From assembly GCA_002269645.1 (NCBI GenBank), contig NIVC01000297.1, positions 186,001 through 250,000 of the forward strand: a DNA stretch of 64,000 nucleotides. The letters are read 5' to 3'. Position numbers and translations under genes: made by a program. The notes beneath the pieces are model-generated. The model ran no database searches and was not told where the DNA came from. It saw nothing but the letters and a program-made list of their open reading frames with translations. Position 1 is the stretch's first letter. Each line of letters starts with the position of its first letter. This document shows, one piece after another, positions 58,082 through 64,000 of the stretch. Origin of the DNA: Macrostomum lignano (Eukaryota).

Positions 58082-58227
58082 ATTCTTCCCCCCCTAAGGA
58101 AAAAGTGATGAGGAATAAAAAAACAGCTGACAGAAAGAAAAAATATTGTTATTGTCAGTAAATCAGTTTAAGGGAATAAAAATAATATTGTTGTTGTCAG
58201 TTCAGTTAGTGATTCAAACAGCGTTTG

Positions 58228-61200
58228 TCATTTGTAAATTTTCGGCCCCTCTTTAGCCTCACGTGGATGCCTCCTGAAGGCTAGGAAGTCCCTCTGGCCG
58301 GCGGGCTGGCCGGCGGACACAGGCTGGCCGGCTGAGGCAGGTTGGCCGGCAGACACAGGCTGGCCGGCAGAGACAGGCTGGCCGGCCGAGGCAGGTTGGC
58401 CGGCAGAGACAGGCTGGCCGGCTGAGGCAGGTTGGCCGGCTGAGGCAGGCTGGCCGGCAGAGGCAGGTTGGCTGGCTGAGGCAGGCTGGCCGGCTGAGGC
58501 AGGCTGGCCGGCTGAGGCAGGTTGGCCGGCTGAGGCAGGCTGGCCGGCTGAGGCAGGTTGGCCGGCTGAGGCAGGCTGGCCGGCTGAGGCAGGTTGGCCG
58601 GCTGAGGCAGGTTGGCCGGCTGAGGCAGGCTGGCCGGCTGAGGCAGGCTGGCCGGCTGAGGCAGGTTGGCCGGCTGAGGCAGGCTGGCCGGCTAAGGCAG
58701 GTTGGCCGGCTGAGGCCGGCTGGCCGGCAGAGGCAGGTTGGCTGATAGGTCGCAGATGCGTTACATGGCGCATGCAGGACTGTCGCCCTCGCTCTAAGAT
58801 GCAGGTGTCTCCTCGAACTTCCTTTACCGTCCATGGCAGAGGCTCGAAAGGCAGTTGCAGTTTGTTTCGCGTCTGTTGTTTGCGGAGCACTTGGTTGCCG
58901 GGTTGGATGCTGTGATCCTTCACTGCGTTGCGCGTGTCAAATTGCTGCTTCATGCTGTCGGCATACTTGCGATTCCAGGCTCTAACAGTGTCGTGGACCT
59001 CACCGGCTGTTGGAACGAACGGTTTGCTAGTCGGGATTCCGTCGTTCATTTTTCTGCCCATTAGAAGCTCTGCAGGAGTGCGTCCGGTAGCCCTGTGTGG
59101 TGTCGTGCGGAAAGCCAGCAGCCAGTCTTCGATGGCTTCTCTCCAATTGCGACCTTCAGAAACTGCGGTTTTCACTGCTTTGCCGATGCTTCGATTGAGG
59201 CGCTCGGTGGCCCCATTGGACTCCGGATGTAGCGGGCAGATGAGGCGATGATGGACTCCGAAGTCGGCTAGAAAGCTACGAAAATCGGCCGAACTGAAAG
59301 GAGGTCCGTTGTCTGTCACGACTTCGACTGGAACGCCGTGCCTGCTGAAAAGTCTCCTCAGATGCGGTTTTACACTCTCTGCTGTTGTCGAGCTCAAAAT
59401 GTTGATCTCCGGGTATTTAGAATACAGGTCCGTGGTAACTAGAAGCATTTGGCCTTGGACAGGTCCGAAGAAGTCCATTCCAAGTTGCTGCCAGGGACCC
59501 TCGGGTAACTTTGTCGGTCTCAGAGGTGTCTGATTGGTAAGAGTGTCCGACGCTTGACAAGGAATGCAGCATTTCACGAAGGTACCACAGTCACTGCGCA
59601 TCCCTGGCCACCAGACTTTGGTCTGCAGACGCTTGAGTGTTCGATCGGCACCAAGATGTCCGGTGTGGGCCAGTTGCAAAATTGGTCTCCGTAGTGACTC
59701 TGGGACGACAATGAGGTCTCCTCGAAGTAGCATTCCATTGTCTTCTGTCAGTTCGCTGCTGATGGCTTTTAGTGCGCGTTGTACCGAGTCGTGTGTGTTC
59801 CAGTTTCCTGTCTTGATGGCGCTCAGCGCGGCTTGAATTCCTGAGTCTGTCTTTGCTGCGTCTCGGATTTGTTCCGCACTGAAACCTTTTGGCACGGCTC
59901 CTGTTGATACAGCGTTGACGTATGCGGTGTCGAAGACCTCTCCCCAGTTTTTCCTGATCTCTGGAAGCGGTTGGCGGCTTAGTAGATCAGCTGGGTTGGA
60001 CGGCCCTGGTCTGTACACCAAGTTGAAGCGGAGGTGTTGAATCCGAAGAACCATGCGTTCAATCCGTGGTGGCGGGCGGGATCCTGGTCTGAAGAGTGGC
60101 AGGAGCGGTCGGTGGTCGGTCACCACTGTAAAACTTGGATCACCAGCCAGGTAGTTTTCGAACTTCAAGCAGCCAAATTTGATAGCCAGCGCCTCCCGCT
60201 CAATCTGGGCGTACCGCTGCTCAACTTGTGACAGCGCTCTGCTGGCGTAAGCCACTGGTCTGCAGATTCCGTCCGGCTGCTTTTGTGTCAGGATCGCACC
60301 AAGTCCGATTGGCGATGCGTCAACTATAAGCTCTGTTTGGTGTTTGCGGTCGAAAAAGGCAAGAGTTTCTGCCTTACTGATGATCGATTTGATCTCTTCG
60401 AAGGCTTTTGAGTGGCTGGCAGTCCACTCGAATGTCTCCCCTTTCTTTGTTAATCTGCGCAGCGGTGCGGAGACATCAGCGAAGTTAGGTATGAATTTTG
60501 CCAGAAAGTTTGCTGTGCCTAGGAACGAGCGAACTTCGGATACGTTGGTCGGCTGTCTAAAGTGCTTCATAGCTTCGATCTTCTCATTAGCAGGCTGCAC
60601 TCCCTTTGCAGATAGGCGCATTCCCAAGAACTCGACAGCGGGGACTGCGAATTTGCACTTTTCTTTATTTAGCGTAATTCCGAATTCTTCGAGACGCTGC
60701 AGACAGGCTTCGAGTCTTTTGCAGTGCTCTTGCAGGTCCGAAGCGTATACGATGACGTCGTCGTGGACCCAACGAAAACCATCGATTCCGCTGAGCACGC
60801 CGAGCATGACTCTTTGTAGGATTTCGGATGCATTCGTAAAGCCCATGCTCAGTCTTTTGAGGCGCATTAGTCCGAGCGGCGTGCTAAATGTGAAAAGGTG
60901 CCGGCTGTTCTCGTGCACTGGGATCTGGTAAAAGGCTTTACGAATATCTAGCTCGCTGAACAGCTTGGCTCCGGACATTTCCTCGGTGACCTCGTCCAAT
61001 GTCGGTATTTGTTGTTTTTCAGGGATGACATAGGCGTTTAGGTTGCGCAGGTCCTGGCAGATTCGGACTCCGCCATCGTCCTTTGGAACTACTACCATGC
61101 GGGCCACCCACGCGCAGGGTCCTTTTACTGGCTCGATGATATCTTGCCTTTCTAAGTCTTTCAGCTCCTTGATAACAGATTCTCGGAGATGCGCTGCAAC

Positions 61201-62370
61201 TCGGGCTGGCGGATGACACACCGGGGCCGCGTTGTCCGACAGCTGAACTTCGACCTGCACGCCTTTGATGCATCCAATTCCGTCAAATACTTTTTTGTGC
61301 TGATGCAAGATGTCCTGAATATTCTGGCTTTTATACCCCTCGGCTGCCTTGACGTTGGAGTTGACATCTTCTGTCTGGCTGAGAATTGGCCGCTGGATAT
61401 GCAGGATTCCTAGCTCAAAGGCAGCTTGGCGTCCGAGTATCGTTAGACCGTCGCCGTCGAGAACGTGGAAAGGCACAGTTGCGCTAGCGGTACCTATTTT
61501 GATGCCTAAGCTCGCAGTACCGATGATTTTGAGAGGTTCGGGCGTTCCATATGCATGAACTTTTACCTTGGTGGTTCGAATTCGCTGATCACCCAGCTGC
61601 CGGAATGTTTTGATGCTCATGATACTGCAGCTGGCTCCGCTGTCCACCATCACCGGTAGCTTACAGTCTCCGATTTCGACAGTTAACGAGACGTCTGCTG
61701 GGTAGCTGCTGTCTTTGCACAAGCCAAAAACGTCTTCGCCGATGCTAGCATCGAAGTTTGGCTCCGGTGAGGTGCTCACTAGGTTAGCGCTGACTTGCGA
61801 TCGAATCGTGTTGTTACTCGAGCGTGCTTTGCGGCATGCTTTGGCTAGGTGATTGGTTTTCCCGCAGTTGAGGCAGATTTTTCCTCTCGCCAAGTCGCAT
61901 ATAGAGTGACCTTTTTGTCCGCAGCGGTAGCATGTCTGCTGTTAAGATTGCCTGCTGCTGCTGCTGCTGCTGCTCCTGGCGGTGCTGGATGCTTCGCGTC
62001 CGTTCATCCGGGGCTTGTTGGATCTTGTAACGCTTGCCACCTGCGAATCTGTTTTCTCCATCTCCGATGCCTGCTCCTCCGCTGCTTCAAACGCTCTCGC
62101 TTTTCGCAGGGCTTCGTCCAAGGAAATGTTGGTCTCTTGGAGTAGCCGCCGTCGTAACTTGTCTGATGTACAGGTCGCTACAAGCTGGTCTCTGATAAGG
62201 GAGTCCTTCAGATTTTCGAACTCACAAGCCTCGGCTGAAGCACGCATTCGTGAATACCAAGCTTCGATTTTCTCTCCTTGTTGCTGGATGCAGTTCCTAA
62301 ATTGGTATCGAGCGAAGACGATGTTCTTTCTCTCGTCAAACTGCTGCTTTAAAGCATTTAGCGTGAGTAG
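58228..62370 (-). pseudogene. gag-pol with one in-frame TAA (61942-61944)
   Basis: gag 62370-61945 and 61893-58228 are in the same frame. CCHC knuckles, VDSGAS, VHDD, VDASPIGLGAIL, HTGH..WWP..C..C, TDNGPPF. Confidence 0.92.
58295..58745 (-). repeat. In-frame 18-bp repeat encoding (ASAGQP)n at the integrase C-terminus
   Basis: About 24 copies of the aggctggccggctgaggc unit. Confidence 0.95.
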
Positions 62371-62683
62371 TATTATTAAATTACACGCACCCCACATTTT
62401 TACATGTAAAAATGAATATAGTCCCCACCTACACTCGAACTGTAATACGCCTCCGTCAGTTCGAGCTAACGAACGAAACGCAACTCGCCCAAGCCGGCGT
62501 TCGATAAGGTACAAATCTTAGCTTTCTTATCTTAATACGACACACTAACCAACACTAGCGTTCTCCCAAAAGAAATATTGAATTCAAAGTCCAATTCTTC
62601 CTTAGCCTTGGCCATTTATTTCTGCAAAGTATATTTGACTGAATTCGCCGCAAGTCCATACGCATTAAAAACGAGTAAGCAAA

Positions 62684-63229
62684 TTACCGCAATCTAATAC
62701 GCAGATAGTTCATCGCGAAAGAACGCAAACGATTATAACAGCGCTTAAACAGATTCTCGGCGCCACCACCACTAATCATGCTCGCTAGAAAATCCTTCAA
62801 ACCACCACCACGATGCAGTTTAAAGTATAAATAAAACAAAACCCATATACCACAGTGCAGACTTGTTGGTTCTTGAATAGCAAAACGCGAATATTCCCAA
62901 TTTCCCCCTCCACAATTCCGTATAAACCACCGACGTATTAACTCACATGGATTTAACCCCAAGGAATCGAAATACTCTCCCTTCCTAGAGCCCCTCCTAC
63001 CCAACCTAAAACCCCCCACCCATAACAAAACCCAATGAGAACCCGGCAAATTTGAAGTATCGGTATTCACGATCAGAAAATAATGCCTTCTGTCTCTCGG
63101 GATTCGCGGGATACTACTCAACAAATCGACAGGAAAAATACCCAAAAAACAAACGTCTTTAAAACCGTTACATAGAATAATCACAACACGTTGCAAGAAC
63201 AAGTTCGTTACACCTTCGCCTCGCCTCAT
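62684..63229 (-). CDS. Adenain-like cysteine protease of a Polinton/Maverick
   Basis: NTD...PGSHW, YFDSLG, IQ...S..CG (catalytic H, D, Q, C pattern). The ATG overlaps the MCP stop as ATGA. Confidence 0.9.
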   Translation of the reverse strand: MRRGEGVTNLFLQRVVIILCNGFKDVCFLGIFPVDLLSSIPRIPRDRRHYFLIVNTDTSNLPGSHWVLLWVGGFRLGRRGSRKGEYFDSLGLNPCELIRRWFIRNCGGGNWEYSRFAIQEPTSLHCGIWVLFYLYFKLHRGGGLKDFLASMISGGGAENLFKRCYNRLRSFAMNYLRIRLR

Positions 63230-64000
63230 TTCCAAGCGGTTCCTGGCACAACGTCCCGCAGTTCGGTAATCTGTAGTTGCTTGTCGAAAACACCACCGAA
63301 AATAACGTTATAGACCTCCGCTGTAGCCGTTCCAAAACGCATCTCCAGTCGGACATTCCCTTCCTTATACAATTGTACCGCCGGCGCAACTCCCCCGTCA
63401 GATCCTAACGAATACGCGAGTATCGTATACCCTCCGTTGTAGTCCGCCATCGAGAACCCCAAATCCCGTCCTTGTAAATACAAACCCAGTTGTTGACGCA
63501 GAGTTGTATACTCCTTTGCACAATCCCCTGTGAAGTCGAATTGACTAGGCCGTGTCGGTACCGCCTCACCATTTACGTAAACTCCAACGCTGATCAAATT
63601 CGCATGCACGAAATTGAACGGATTTGTCGCCAGACTTCCATTAAATGCAGTATTTCCAACGACTACCACCAGCAAAAGACGTGGCACTCCGCTCGGAAAC
63701 AGATTTTCGTGCGTATGGCTTAACGACCCTTGCGGTATAGTGAACGTACCCAATGATAAACTGCGATGAGGGTACAAGGCATTATGGGTCTTCAAACCAT
63801 GTGCATGGGCTCCAATCACACTGGCAGATGGCTGAACATACCGCAAACGAAGCTCCGCACTCTGAATCTCAACCTCGTAATCCTTTAACACTGCCTCACC
63901 AATCTGTGCGGCACTTAACACGAATTTGCTCTTTGCCGGTAGTAACTTTATCCGCAAAGGCGTCTTTGACAACAAATACCGTGGCTGACGAAATAGATCC
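63226..64000 (-). CDS. Maverick/Polinton major capsid protein (PY type), continues beyond the window
   Basis: DLFRQ.RYLL, ALYP, FTIPQG, ENLF..GVP, AFNGSLATNPFNF, VYVNGEAVP, YNGGYTILAY, EGNVRLEMRF, FDKQLQI. Confidence 0.9.
   Translation of the reverse strand, partial: DLFRQPRYLLSKTPLRIKLLPAKSKFVLSAAQIGEAVLKDYEVEIQSAELRLRYVQPSASVIGAHAHGLKTHNALYPHRSLSLGTFTIPQGSLSHTHENLFPSGVPRLLLVVVVGNTAFNGSLATNPFNFVHANLISVGVYVNGEAVPTRPSQFDFTGDCAKEYTTLRQQLGLYLQGRDLGFSMADYNGGYTILAYSLGSDGGVAPAVQLYKEGNVRLEMRFGTATAEVYNVIFGGVFDKQLQITELRDVVPGTAWK

Larger units (their letters stand above)
57902..62370 (-). mobile_element. Ty3/gypsy LTR retrotransposon, 5'-truncated within gag
   Basis: 3' LTR at 57902-58081 with TGTAGG...CCTACA ends, preceded on the minus strand by the purine tract AGGGGGGGAAGAA. 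No 5' LTR or PBS; gag homology ends at about 62370. Confidence 0.92.

Noticed and set aside
61942-61944. Programmed gag-pol readthrough at TAA
   Set aside because: The stop lies before the CCHC knuckles inside gag rather than at the gag/protease boundary. A CAA>TAA nonsense mutation is simpler.

Overview
Eukaryotic, intron-containing genomic DNA. GC- and Ala-rich exons, minisatellite-filled introns and RTE remnants suggest a flatworm such as Macrostomum (inference). Host genes reconstructed with consistent splice phases are: the first coding exon of a DEG/ENaC channel (-); a ZDHHC9/14/18-type palmitoyltransferase (-, one base short of an open frame); importin-alpha (+, 5 coding exons, 599 aa); a MYRIP/Slac2-type Rab effector that also carries two I-set Ig domains (+, 11 exons, 1067 aa); and a SUR1/CSH1-like GT32 glycosyltransferase (+, 2 exons). 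Mobile DNA includes an RNase H-bearing LINE, a degenerate full-length Ty3/gypsy element and an RTE remnant. From ~45.9 kb to the end lies a nested stack: a Polinton/adintovirus-type capsid module, two head-to-tail Helitron-like copies, two 5'-truncated Ty3/gypsy elements, a 2-kb solo LTR, and a second, different Maverick capsid plus protease module. About twenty tandem arrays are present, several of them copies of the adjacent splice junction. All family assignments come from motif recognition by eye; no database searches were run.
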